A DNA stretch of 64,000 nt from Clostridiales bacterium (GTDB taxonomy: Bacteria > Bacillota > Clostridia > Christensenellales > CAG-138). Shown one piece after another: positions 46,592 through 54,869 of this stretch; within the stretch, counting starts at the first letter, position 1, and each line of letters opens with the position of its first letter. The stretch is taken from NCBI GenBank assembly GCA_009779405.1, contig WREI01000003.1, positions 6,552 through 70,551 of the forward strand. Direction: 5' to 3'. The notes under the pieces were generated by a model, which worked only from the letters and a program-made list of their open reading frames with translations, searched no databases and was not told where the DNA came from. A program made the translations under genes and the position numbers.

Positions 46592-46607
46592 CCATCACAG
46601 TCAATGC

Positions 46608-46636
46608 AAAAAGGACAGGACAGCCCTGTCCTTTTC
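46608..46636. terminator. Bidirectional intrinsic terminator (serves the minus-strand 46665-48593 gene)
   Basis: AAAAAGGACAGG-ACAGC-CCTGTCCTTTT, with U-tracts on both strands. Confidence 0.7.
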
Positions 46637-46664
46637 CCGATAGCAAATACCCTTGCGTGCCCCG

Positions 46665-48593
46665 TCATTCCATCACGTCAACCACCCCAACTATCCGCCA
46701 CTCGCCGTTGAACAGGCCCAGCACGGCTTGCATACAACGGTTTTCGCTGCCGGTATTTATGATATACCCATATGCGGTGATGCGGTTTGCGTCCCGCAAT
46801 GCCCACACCAGCTCCGTATCGGCATACCAAACCGGAGCAACAAACTCATCCGCTACATAGTCTATCCACCAAAACATCTGTGCGTCCACGCCGAGCTGCT
46901 CCTGCAGGAGCGCACGGAGCGCCGCGTCCAACTCTTCCGTTAAATCAGCGGCCTTTGGGGTGAGCCAGAGCCACGCGTCATACCAGTTGTTATGATAACG
47001 TTCCCAGGCGTCGGGAACCTCCATAACGATATCCTCCCGCTCGCCCATGCCGCCGAACACCACGCGCAGACTGGCGGCCTGTATGTTCTCCGGCCCGCCG
47101 AGCGGCCCCAAATCGATCCACATCTGGCACCAGCCGCCCATGCCGTCTTCGGCCTGCACATCGAGGTTCTCTGTCCTCTCGCTGCCATCCGCCAGCGTCA
47201 TGGTGAGCCACATATCGATCTGCGCTTTCATTTGTTCGATGGAGAAGCCCCCGTCATAATCGGTATTGCTGCGAAAACCCGACTGTCTTGTAAAGGCATC
47301 CGTGAGATACACCGTTTTCTGCCTGTATGTCACGCAGAACCAGATGCTGTCCGAGAACGGATAACCCGCGATGCTGTCCCGCATCACCGCAAACAGGCTC
47401 TCGCAGACCTCGGGCGGAATCGGCGCAAAGGGGTTGATCGGGCTATCCGCTATGACGAGCGCATCCGCCACCTCATACCACGGGTGCCGAACATTCCATT
47501 GCGACATGCCGTACTGCTCGTACACCTTTCCGTCCGCCATATAGCGCGTGATCTTTGTGCGTTCGTAAATGGGAAGTTCCAGAAATGTGGCGGGGGTTCC
47601 ATCTTGGTAGAACCAGGTACCTTGGGTGTAATCGCCGCCGACCGGGGCGTCCTCGGAGTAGACCGCTTCGTCGCGCACCGGTACCAGCCAAGTCGAAACT
47701 ATTTTGTAACTGATTACATCCCGATACACCATCACCCCGTCTGCGTCGTAGTAGGTTCGTTGCGACTCGTTCCCGGCACTGTCATATTGCATCGCAAAGC
47801 GGTACAGCAATGCGCCGTACACATACACAGAGCGACCCGTCTCCAATCTGTCTATATTGTAGGTGCTTTCAACGCGCTTGGTTTCCTTGCCCTGCGCGTC
47901 ATAGCCTATTTCCGTCAACGCAACGCCGCGCTCGTCGTTGATTCTCTTCTCGAACATATATTCCGGCCCATTGAGCGGCGCGTAATAGCGTTCCACCCAA
48001 GCAGGGTTTGCGTTTTCATAGTAAAGCAGCCCGTCGGCCAGGGAGAACGCACTGGAGCCCACGCCCGCCACTATGTTGGGGTATGCGCCCCACGCAACCT
48101 GCCCGTTCTCGTCCGCCAGATAATATGCGTCCGTTCGGAACAGGGGCATATGCGCCGCGTCGTAAAGCAACGTGCGAGAGAGAACATAGGCAACGCCGTC
48201 CCCGTCCGTATAGGGCAGCTCCCATTCGTCATAAGGCCCGTTATAATCCCCGCGCGCCCCAAATCCTTGCGGCCAGTTGTTGGGGGTAGTCGGTATAATA
48301 TCATCGAAGTAGAACGGCTCGCCCCTTGGGGTCTCTTCCTCCGGCGGCACAACCACTTCCACATCGCCCTCGGTCGCCTTGCGCCCCTGCAACGCGCCCG
48401 TCACGAACAGGGTACCCAAGCCGCAGACCAACACCAGCAGCGCCGTCAACGCTACGCCAAGTACCCTGCGCGGCAGCGGCGCGCGCGTTCGTTTTTCCTT
48501 CCTCTGCATCGAAACCATAAGCTTGACGCCCGGGGTTTCGTCGCTCTGCAGCGCCCTGCGCAGCAGGGCATCCATATCAGGCTTCTTTTCCAT
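46665..48593 (-). CDS. Membrane-anchored protein with a large Tyr/Asp-rich (YD-repeat-like) extracytoplasmic domain; putative anti-sigma factor by context
   Basis: ATG 48593 ([11 protein letters not shown]) overlaps the sigma gene stop by 17 nt. It has a single TM helix (VLGVALTALLVLVCGLGTLFV). The ectodomain contains the motifs GYDAQGKE, QYDSAGNE and YYDADG. Confidence 0.5.
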   Translation of the reverse strand: MEKKPDMDALLRRALQSDETPGVKLMVSMQRKEKRTRAPLPRRVLGVALTALLVLVCGLGTLFVTGALQGRKATEGDVEVVVPPEEETPRGEPFYFDDIIPTTPNNWPQGFGARGDYNGPYDEWELPYTDGDGVAYVLSRTLLYDAAHMPLFRTDAYYLADENGQVAWGAYPNIVAGVGSSAFSLADGLLYYENANPAWVERYYAPLNGPEYMFEKRINDERGVALTEIGYDAQGKETKRVESTYNIDRLETGRSVYVYGALLYRFAMQYDSAGNESQRTYYDADGVMVYRDVISYKIVSTWLVPVRDEAVYSEDAPVGGDYTQGTWFYQDGTPATFLELPIYERTKITRYMADGKVYEQYGMSQWNVRHPWYEVADALVIADSPINPFAPIPPEVCESLFAVMRDSIAGYPFSDSIWFCVTYRQKTVYLTDAFTRQSGFRSNTDYDGGFSIEQMKAQIDMWLTMTLADGSERTENLDVQAEDGMGGWCQMWIDLGPLGGPENIQAASLRVVFGGMGEREDIVMEVPDAWERYHNNWYDAWLWLTPKAADLTEELDAALRALLQEQLGVDAQMFWWIDYVADEFVAPVWYADTELVWALRDANRITAYGYIINTGSENRCMQAVLGLFNGEWRIVGVVDVME

Positions 48594-49089
48594 ATTCGGA
48601 AACCATTCCTTTCTCAATCATACTTCTTGCCTGTGACAGGCGGCTCTTCACCGTGCCCGGCGGAATGCCCAGCGCGCTCGCGATCTCATTTACGCGCAGA
48701 CCGTTGGTATAGTACATCACGACAAGCAGGCGATAATTGTCCGGCAATTCTTCGACCATACGCCTGCACAGAGTAATCTCTTCTTGGGAGAAAAATTCCT
48801 CCTCGGCGCTCGGCGCGCTGCCCTGCCGCAGTTCCGGCGCAAACTCCGTCTCCGGTGCAATGTCCCGGCGCCGCGCGTATTTCCGCTTTCGGCTCCGCCA
48901 CAGATAGGCAGCGGTGGAGAGTAGAAAGCCGCAGGGACTGTCCATCTTTTCGATCCTGCGCAACTGGCGGAACGCGGAAAAGAAGGTATCCTGAAACAGA
49001 TCCTCCGCGTCCTCGCGCCGCCACGTAACGCTGCGGCAAAACCGATATACGGCATCCGCGCAAGTGCTGACCAATTCCTCCTGTATCAT
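48577..49089 (-). CDS. ECF-type RNA polymerase sigma factor
   Basis: Region 2 is [15 protein letters not shown] and the region 4 HTH is [25 protein letters not shown]. Confidence 0.8.
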   Translation of the reverse strand: MIQEELVSTCADAVYRFCRSVTWRREDAEDLFQDTFFSAFRQLRRIEKMDSPCGFLLSTAAYLWRSRKRKYARRRDIAPETEFAPELRQGSAPSAEEEFFSQEEITLCRRMVEELPDNYRLLVVMYYTNGLRVNEIASALGIPPGTVKSRLSQARSMIEKGMVSEYGKEA

Positions 49090-49240
49090 AGCAACCTTTC
49101 CGATCTGTACAAATCTTCACCCTGTTATAGTCATGAGCCATGAAATGGTTCACTCCATTATACAAATTTCAGCGGCGCTGTCTACGCCATTGCCAAAATG
49201 CGAATTTAGCTATATAATGCAGTTGAAGGAGTATATAGCT

Positions 49241-49504
49241 ATGGATGAAAGAATGGAACACACAATGAGATATGCCGCGCCGCGCGACCACACGACCGCG
49301 CGGGAAGCCCTCACCACCGCCTTTGCCGCCATGCGCGAGAAGGGCTATGACGCCGTAAACCAAATCGTGGGCTATCTGCTCTCCGGTGACCCCACCTATA
49401 TCACCGGCTATAAGAACGCGCGTTATCTGATGATGCGCGTGGAGCGGGATGAGCTGATTGAGGAACTGGTGCGCGTCTATATGGCCAGCGGGGACAGCCA
49501 ATAG
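49241..49504 (+). CDS. ireB: IreB-family regulatory phosphoprotein (UPF0297)
   Basis: ATG 49241 follows GAAGGAG. The segment [42 protein letters not shown] is typical of the family. It lies upstream of ruvX. Confidence 0.75.
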   Translation: MDERMEHTMRYAAPRDHTTAREALTTAFAAMREKGYDAVNQIVGYLLSGDPTYITGYKNARYLMMRVERDELIEELVRVYMASGDSQ

Positions 49505-49505
49505 T

Positions 49506-49928
49506 ATGCAGCGCATTGTCGCGTTTGATGTGGGCGAGAAGCGTATAGGCATCGCCGTTTCCGATGCCCTGGGCTGGACTGCACAGGGTCTGGAGACCTA
49601 TGTCCGCAAGAACTTGGAGACGGATATAGACTATCTGCTTGCCGTCGCCGCACGTTATAGGCCCTGCAAACTGCTCTTTGGCATACCCCGCAATATGGAC
49701 GGCAGCTATGGCCCGCAGGCGGAGCGGACGCGCCGCTTTGCGGACAGACTGGCGCAGAAGTGGGAGGGGGAACTGACCTTCGAGGATGAACGGCTCACCA
49801 CCGCCCAGGCGCGCAATGTCCTCATCGCCGCGGACGTTTCCCGCAAAAACCGCAAGGCCGTTATCGATAAGATGGCTGCTTCGCTTATATTACAAAGTTA
49901 TTTGGATAGGATAGGGAAGAGGGGGTAG
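49506..49928 (+). CDS. ruvX: Holliday junction resolvase-like protein RuvX/YqgF
   Basis: N-terminus MQRIVAFDVGEKRIGIAVSD; also ERLTTAQA. It starts 1 nt after the ireB stop. Confidence 0.85.
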   Translation: MQRIVAFDVGEKRIGIAVSDALGWTAQGLETYVRKNLETDIDYLLAVAARYRPCKLLFGIPRNMDGSYGPQAERTRRFADRLAQKWEGELTFEDERLTTAQARNVLIAADVSRKNRKAVIDKMAASLILQSYLDRIGKRG

Positions 49929-49935
49929 CACCCAT

Positions 49936-50226
49936 ATGGAACAGACCAAAGACACGATCATCACCCTGATCGATGAAAACGGCAGGGAAGTGGAATTCGA
50001 CCTCGTTCTCAGCTTCGATTACGAGAAGCGCCGCTTTGCCGCGCTGTTTCCGCTGGAGGATGTGGAGAACGTCGCGGATGATGAGATCGTTCTCTTGGAG
50101 ATCATCCGGGAGGATGGCGGCGAAATCTATCGCCCCATCGAAAACGAGGTCTATCAGGACGAGGTGTTCGACGCGTTTATGGAGCTCTGGGAAGAGATGG
50201 ACGAAGACGAAGATGCGGAAGAATAG
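49936..50226 (+). CDS. DUF1292 (YrzB-like) protein
   Basis: ITLIDENGREVEFDLVLSFDYEKRRFAALFP, with an acidic C-terminus. It holds the conserved position after ruvX. Confidence 0.7.
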   Translation: MEQTKDTIITLIDENGREVEFDLVLSFDYEKRRFAALFPLEDVENVADDEIVLLEIIREDGGEIYRPIENEVYQDEVFDAFMELWEEMDEDEDAEE

Positions 50227-51067
50227 CTTCCTGCTTCTGCTTCTCTCGTTCTTCTTTTGCGCCGCCTGCGCATCCCCTGCCGGCGAATTTCACGCAGGCA
50301 TAGAGCTTGTCACCCCCACGCCGCCGCAAGCGGCGCTCGAAATTGCTACGCCGAAACCGACGCCCGAACCAACGCCCAAGCCGACGGCAACGCCGAGCCC
50401 CACCGCGGAGCCGATGCCAACGCCCGTCCCCACGCTGGATCCCGACGGTAAATATATCGCCCTGACCTATGATGACGGACCGCACGAGACCTATACCGCG
50501 CGGCTCCTTGATATTCTGCGCGAGAACGAAGTGCGCGTCACCTTCTTTGTGCAGGGCAAGCAATTACAAAGCGACGAGGCCGCCGAACTGCTCCGCCAAG
50601 CCGCTCTCGACGGGCATGAGATAGGCTCCCACACCTGGAGCCATATCGATATGAAGAAGGAATCGGAAGCGAAAATGCGTTCCGAGCTGTCGCGCACTTC
50701 CAACCGCATCGAAGAGATCACGGGTACGCGCCCGCTGTTGATGCGCCCGCCCTATGGCAATCACAACGGCACCGCCCGCAAGGTGGCGCGGGAGTTGGGA
50801 CTTGCACTCATTTTGTGGACCGTAGATACGAAGGACTGGTCCAGTAACAATGCGGCTAAAATTCTGCAAGAAGTGCGGCGCGCCGCCAAGCCAAACGGCA
50901 TCATACTCCTGCACGACATAAAGAAAGCCAGCGTGGACGCCACGGAATCCATCATACTCTGGCTGAAAGAGCAAGGTTATACCATACTCACAGTCGGTGA
51001 GCTCCTCGCCCTGCGCGGCGAACCAGAGCCGGGCATCGTGTATCGGAGCGGGGCGCCGGTGGGGTAA
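50213..51067 (+). CDS. Polysaccharide deacetylase family lipoprotein (NodB domain)
   Basis: ATG 50213 gives MRKNSFLLLLLSFFFCAAC (lipobox), followed by a PT-rich linker. NodB motifs are LTYDDGP, HEIGSHTWSH and LMRPPYG. Confidence 0.8.
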   Translation: MRKNSFLLLLLSFFFCAACASPAGEFHAGIELVTPTPPQAALEIATPKPTPEPTPKPTATPSPTAEPMPTPVPTLDPDGKYIALTYDDGPHETYTARLLDILRENEVRVTFFVQGKQLQSDEAAELLRQAALDGHEIGSHTWSHIDMKKESEAKMRSELSRTSNRIEEITGTRPLLMRPPYGNHNGTARKVARELGLALILWTVDTKDWSSNNAAKILQEVRRAAKPNGIILLHDIKKASVDATESIILWLKEQGYTILTVGELLALRGEPEPGIVYRSGAPVG

Positions 51068-51093
51068 AAAATGCGCAAAATTCCGAAAACCCC

Positions 51094-51121
51094 TTGACAT
51101 AGGCCAATACTCTGCTATACT
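51094..51121 (+). promoter_or_regulatory. Sigma-A-type promoter of rplJL
   Basis: TTGACA (51094-51099), a 16-nt spacer, then TATACT (51116-51121). Confidence 0.55.
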
Positions 51122-51127
51122 ACGCAA

Positions 51128-51262
51128 TGGCATTGTCGTCACCGAAGACAGCCGGTTGCAAATTACTTCGTGTAATCTGCGTAAATCCTGCCGAGGTTGG
51201 ACAGTCAAGCGTAATCGTTTCGCGTGCAGTCCTCCCGCTGGTGACGGGAGGACTATTTATAT
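51128..51262 (+). promoter_or_regulatory. Ribosomal protein L10 leader (autoregulatory 5' UTR) with a terminator-like hairpin
   Basis: It lies between the promoter and rplJ. The hairpin is AGTCCTCCCG-CTGGTGA-CGGGAGGACT (51228-51254), followed by ATTTAT. Confidence 0.55.
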
Positions 51263-51274
51263 AGGAGGTAAACC

Positions 51275-51772
51275 ATGGCAAATGTCAAAATCATCGAAGC
51301 CAAGGCCGCGCGGGTGCAGGAAATCGCCGCAAACATCGCGCGTGCACAGTCTGTGATACTCTTTGATTATCGCGGGCTGACAGTCGCCGAAGTGACCGAG
51401 CTGCGCAACGAAATGCGCAAGGCGGGCGTAGAGTATGTTGTTTTGAAGAACAATTTAGTCGAGCGCGCGGGCGAGGTCGCCGGAATCGACGCCAAGCTGA
51501 ATGATATGCTCTGTGGCCCGGCCGCGTTCGCATTCGGGTATGACGACGCCGTCGCCCCGGCACGCATTCTGAAAGCCTTTATCAAAAAGGTCAAGAAGTG
51601 CGAGCTGAAGGGCGGTATTGTGGAAGGCAAAGTTGTTTCCATACGTGAAGTGGAAGCGATTGCCGACCTGCCGAGCCGTGAAACGCTCATTGCCCGCTTG
51701 TTGGGCAGCATGATGTCCCCGATTTCCGGGCTGGCGATCGTCTTGGATCAGATCGCAAAACAGAAAGGCTAA
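51275..51772 (+). CDS. rplJ: 50S ribosomal protein L10
   Basis: 165 aa. The segment ILFDYRGLTVAEVTELRNEMRKAGVEYVVLKNNL matches L10. Confidence 0.95.
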   Translation: MANVKIIEAKAARVQEIAANIARAQSVILFDYRGLTVAEVTELRNEMRKAGVEYVVLKNNLVERAGEVAGIDAKLNDMLCGPAAFAFGYDDAVAPARILKAFIKKVKKCELKGGIVEGKVVSIREVEAIADLPSRETLIARLLGSMMSPISGLAIVLDQIAKQKG

Positions 51773-51842
51773 CCTGAAAAACAAGTTTTTCAGGTTGCAA
51801 GTCGCAACCAAAACAAAAAATAATTAATTAAAGGAGTAACCC

Positions 51843-52211
51843 ATGAATAAAGAACAACTGATTGCGGATATCAAAGCCATGTCCGTTTTGGAGCTCGCCG
51901 AGCTGGTCAAGGTGCTGGAAGAGGAATTCGGCGTATCCGCCGCCGCCACCGCCGTTGCGGTCGCTGGCCCTGCCGCTGCCGTCGAAGAAGTCGAAGAGAA
52001 GACCGAGTTTGACGTCATCCTGAAAGACATTGGCACCGAGAAGATCAAGGTCATCAAGGTCGTGCGCGAGCAAACCGGCCTGGGCCTCAAGGAAGCCAAG
52101 GACGTCGTGGACAATGCCCCCAAGCCCATCAAGGAAGGCATCTCCAAGGAAGACGCCGAGAAGCTCGTCGCCGCATTCAAGGAAGTCGGCGCAACCTGCG
52201 AAATCAAATAA
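51843..52211 (+). CDS. rplL: 50S ribosomal protein L7/L12
   Basis: Segments [23 protein letters not shown] and [22 protein letters not shown] match L7/L12. Confidence 0.95.
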   Translation: MNKEQLIADIKAMSVLELAELVKVLEEEFGVSAAATAVAVAGPAAAVEEVEEKTEFDVILKDIGTEKIKVIKVVREQTGLGLKEAKDVVDNAPKPIKEGISKEDAEKLVAAFKEVGATCEIK

Positions 52212-52229
52212 GCTGTACCGCTATAGAAC

Positions 52230-52260
52230 AAGAGACCGTCACGTGCGGTCTCTTTGTTTA
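52230..52260. terminator. Bidirectional terminator between rplL and the convergent GH3 gene
   Basis: AAGAGACCG-TCACGTG-CGGTCTCTT followed by TGTTTA. Confidence 0.65.
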
Positions 52261-53493
52261 TGGTTGCAGCGCTGCCTGCGGGTCGAAGTCCGTCACGCGC
52301 ATTTTGGCTCGGAGTATGCGGAACACGCTTTCATTGAGACGCTCGGTCGAGATGCGTCCATCCGCTGCCGCTTCACAAAGCGCGTCCATGATGCGCGTTT
52401 GCAACTCGTGGCGCGGGCCGCAGAGTATCATATCACCGCCCGCCAAAATGAACTGCACGGCCGCCGTTTCAATGGAATACTCTGTGCTCAGCCCCTCCAT
52501 GCGAAAATCATCGCTGATCACAAATCCTTCAAAGCCCAACTCTCCGCGCAATATATCCGTGATCCAAACCTTGGAGACGGTCGCGATATCGCCGTCCACC
52601 TCAGGATACAATATATGCGCCGTCATAACCGCGTCGGCGCTCTGCACGCATGCGGCGAAGGGGATCAATTCATAGTCCCGCATCTCTTCCAGACTTCTAT
52701 ATACAGCGGGCATCACAATATGGGAATCCTCCGGCGTCGCGCCGTGGCCGGGGAAATGCTTGGCCACGGCCAGGCAACCGCCCTCATGCAGACCCTGTAT
52801 GCAGGCCGCACCGATATTTGCCGTCACCTCCGCGCTGCTGCTGATGATGCGCCGCCCCATAAAGGTGGAGGATGGATCTTCTGCCACATCCAGCACGGGC
52901 GCGAGATCTATATTGATGCCCGCGCTTACGAGTCCCCGCCCCACAAAGGCGAAGGTTTCGCGCGCCAGTTCGGGGTCATCCTTCTCGCCCAGCGTGGCGG
53001 CACTCGCGGGTCGCTCGGGCCACGTAAAGCGCAAAACAACGCCGCCTTCTAAGTCTATACTGACCAAAAACGGGATATCGGAGAGACTCGTCTCGTGGAT
53101 TGCTTCCGTCAGCTGTTTGCAGAGCGCAAAACCGCCGTCGGGGGCATTGCGGTCGATGTTCGTGCCGAACAAAATGACATTGCCGATGTGGCGCGTCTGC
53201 AGAAGCTCCACGAAGGTATCGCTGATTGTATCCCCTCCCGAAAAGCCGAACATGCAGAGCTGGCCCAGCTTCTCCTCGGTCGTCAAAGTGTCGATATAAG
53301 CCCACAGCCAGTCCTCCTGCGTGGGCTCGGGCGTCGGCGCGGGCTCGGGTGTTGCTTTCGGGGTGGGTACGACCGTCGCAAAGCCGCTCCCCATAACCGA
53401 AACGCTGCCCGGCGCGCCGCCACAGGCCATCGCTGCAGACAAAAAGAACGACAGGCAGAGAAGTATGCAGATGAAGGGTAACGTCTTGCGCAT
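52258..53493 (-). CDS. Glycoside hydrolase family 3 lipoprotein (NagZ-like beta-N-acetylhexosaminidase)
   Basis: Lipobox at LSAAMACG. It has the GH3 signature KHFPGHGATPEDSH. Confidence 0.8.
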   Translation of the reverse strand: MRKTLPFICILLCLSFFLSAAMACGGAPGSVSVMGSGFATVVPTPKATPEPAPTPEPTQEDWLWAYIDTLTTEEKLGQLCMFGFSGGDTISDTFVELLQTRHIGNVILFGTNIDRNAPDGGFALCKQLTEAIHETSLSDIPFLVSIDLEGGVVLRFTWPERPASAATLGEKDDPELARETFAFVGRGLVSAGINIDLAPVLDVAEDPSSTFMGRRIISSSAEVTANIGAACIQGLHEGGCLAVAKHFPGHGATPEDSHIVMPAVYRSLEEMRDYELIPFAACVQSADAVMTAHILYPEVDGDIATVSKVWITDILRGELGFEGFVISDDFRMEGLSTEYSIETAAVQFILAGGDMILCGPRHELQTRIMDALCEAAADGRISTERLNESVFRILRAKMRVTDFDPQAALQP

Positions 53494-53527
53494 GCGACTC
53501 CCTATGTAAGCGAGAAATTGAGCGTAT

Positions 53528-53560
53528 CAATAAAACACGGAGCAGAGCGAACTCTGCCCC
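53528..53560 (-). terminator. Intrinsic terminator after tRNA-Gly
   Basis: On the minus strand, GGGGCAGAG-UUCG-CUCUGCUCC is followed by GUGUUUUAUUG. Confidence 0.65.
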
Positions 53561-53565
53561 GATGG

Positions 53566-53639
53566 TGGAGCAGGTAACGGGGTTCGAACCCGTGATCTCA
53601 GCTTGGAAGGCTAATGTGTTACCACTACACTATACCTGC
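53566..53639 (-). tRNA. tRNA-Gly (anticodon UCC), CCA encoded
   Basis: The minus strand reads GCAGGTATAGTGTAGTGGTAACACATTAGCCTTCCAAGCTGAGATCACGGGTTCGAACCCCGTTACCTGCTCCA. It folds as a cloverleaf with a 7-bp acceptor stem, the anticodon loop CTTCCAA and a GTTCGAA T-loop. Confidence 0.9.
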
Positions 53640-53656
53640 AACTCCGAACGTTTGGA

Positions 53657-53685
53657 AGTATAACACAACAACATTTGAATTTCAA
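53657..53685 (-). promoter_or_regulatory. Sigma-A-type promoter of tRNA-Gly
   Basis: On the minus strand: TTGAAA (53685-53680), a 17-nt spacer, then TATACT (53662-53657). Confidence 0.5.
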
Positions 53686-53735
53686 TACCGCAATGTGTTA
53701 TACTTTACTCAGAATAAAAATGCATCGGGAGTTTT

Positions 53736-54851
53736 ATGCTGCGAAATACACAGACACATATCGATCTATCCGCTATCGAACATAATATTGGAGCCGCGCG
53801 CGCGCATTTGGACGCGGGGACAAAGATTATGGCCGTCGTCAAGGCCGAAGCCTATGGGCATGGTCTGGTACCCGTATCGCAATATCTGGAGACGAGGGGC
53901 TTGGCCGAATGCCTTGGCATCGCCATTGTGGAAGAGGGCGTGACTTTGCGCGAAGCGGGCGTGCAGCTGCCCGTTTTGGTGATGGGGGCGGCGGATGCAC
54001 CGCATATGCGGGAAGCGATCGCACAGAATCTCGCGCTCACGGTCTTCGATGTGGAGAGTCTTGCGCAGGCCGCGGCATATGCAACGCAGATGAACAAGGC
54101 GGCCTATATCCATATCAAGATCGATACGGGCATGAACCGCATAGGCATACGCGACGCGCAGACCTTTAACGCCATTCTGGCACAGTTCAGGGCCTGCCCG
54201 TTGTTGCGCTTCGCGGGCCTGTTCACGCACTTTGCCAAATCCGAATCGGATCCCGAATTTACGCTGGCACAGGCGGAACGCTTTGAGAAATTCGCGCGCC
54301 GCGCGAAGCATGCAGGCTTTTCGCCGCTCCTGCACGCGGCCAACAGCGGCGGCGTGTTCACAGAGCGCCCCGGCCTACGCTTTGATATGGCGCGGCAGGG
54401 CATCTCCCTGTACGGATATCACCCCGACCCCGCGCAGACGGAAAAATATGTACTCGCGCCCGCGCTTTCCTGGCATACCCGCGTTGCGCAAATCAAGACG
54501 GTCCCGACGGGGGAGGGGATAGGCTACGGCCTGCGCCACGTCACCGCGCGCGACACCGTTGTCGCCACCCTGCCCGTGGGCTATGGCGACGGCTATAAGC
54601 GCTGTCTCTCGGGCAAGAGCGAGGTGCTGATACGCGGCAGGCGCGCGCCCGTTCTGGGTACAGTCTGCATGGATATGATTATGGCGGACGTGACGGATAT
54701 CCCCGGCGTGCAAACGGACGACGCGGTCGTGCTGCTCGGGGAGCAGGGCACGGAGCGCATCACGGCGGACGAACTGGCGGCTCTGGCGGATACGATCTCC
54801 TATGAGATATTGCTTTCTATTTCGGCGCGGGTGCCGCGCGTTTATCTTTAG
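53736..54851 (+). CDS. alr: Alanine racemase
   Basis: The PLP-Lys motif is AVVKAEAYGHG. Other segments are NRIGI and GYGDGY. 371 aa. Confidence 0.9.
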   Translation: MLRNTQTHIDLSAIEHNIGAARAHLDAGTKIMAVVKAEAYGHGLVPVSQYLETRGLAECLGIAIVEEGVTLREAGVQLPVLVMGAADAPHMREAIAQNLALTVFDVESLAQAAAYATQMNKAAYIHIKIDTGMNRIGIRDAQTFNAILAQFRACPLLRFAGLFTHFAKSESDPEFTLAQAERFEKFARRAKHAGFSPLLHAANSGGVFTERPGLRFDMARQGISLYGYHPDPAQTEKYVLAPALSWHTRVAQIKTVPTGEGIGYGLRHVTARDTVVATLPVGYGDGYKRCLSGKSEVLIRGRRAPVLGTVCMDMIMADVTDIPGVQTDDAVVLLGEQGTERITADELAALADTISYEILLSISARVPRVYL

Positions 54852-54869
54852 TTGAAGGGAACAAATTAA

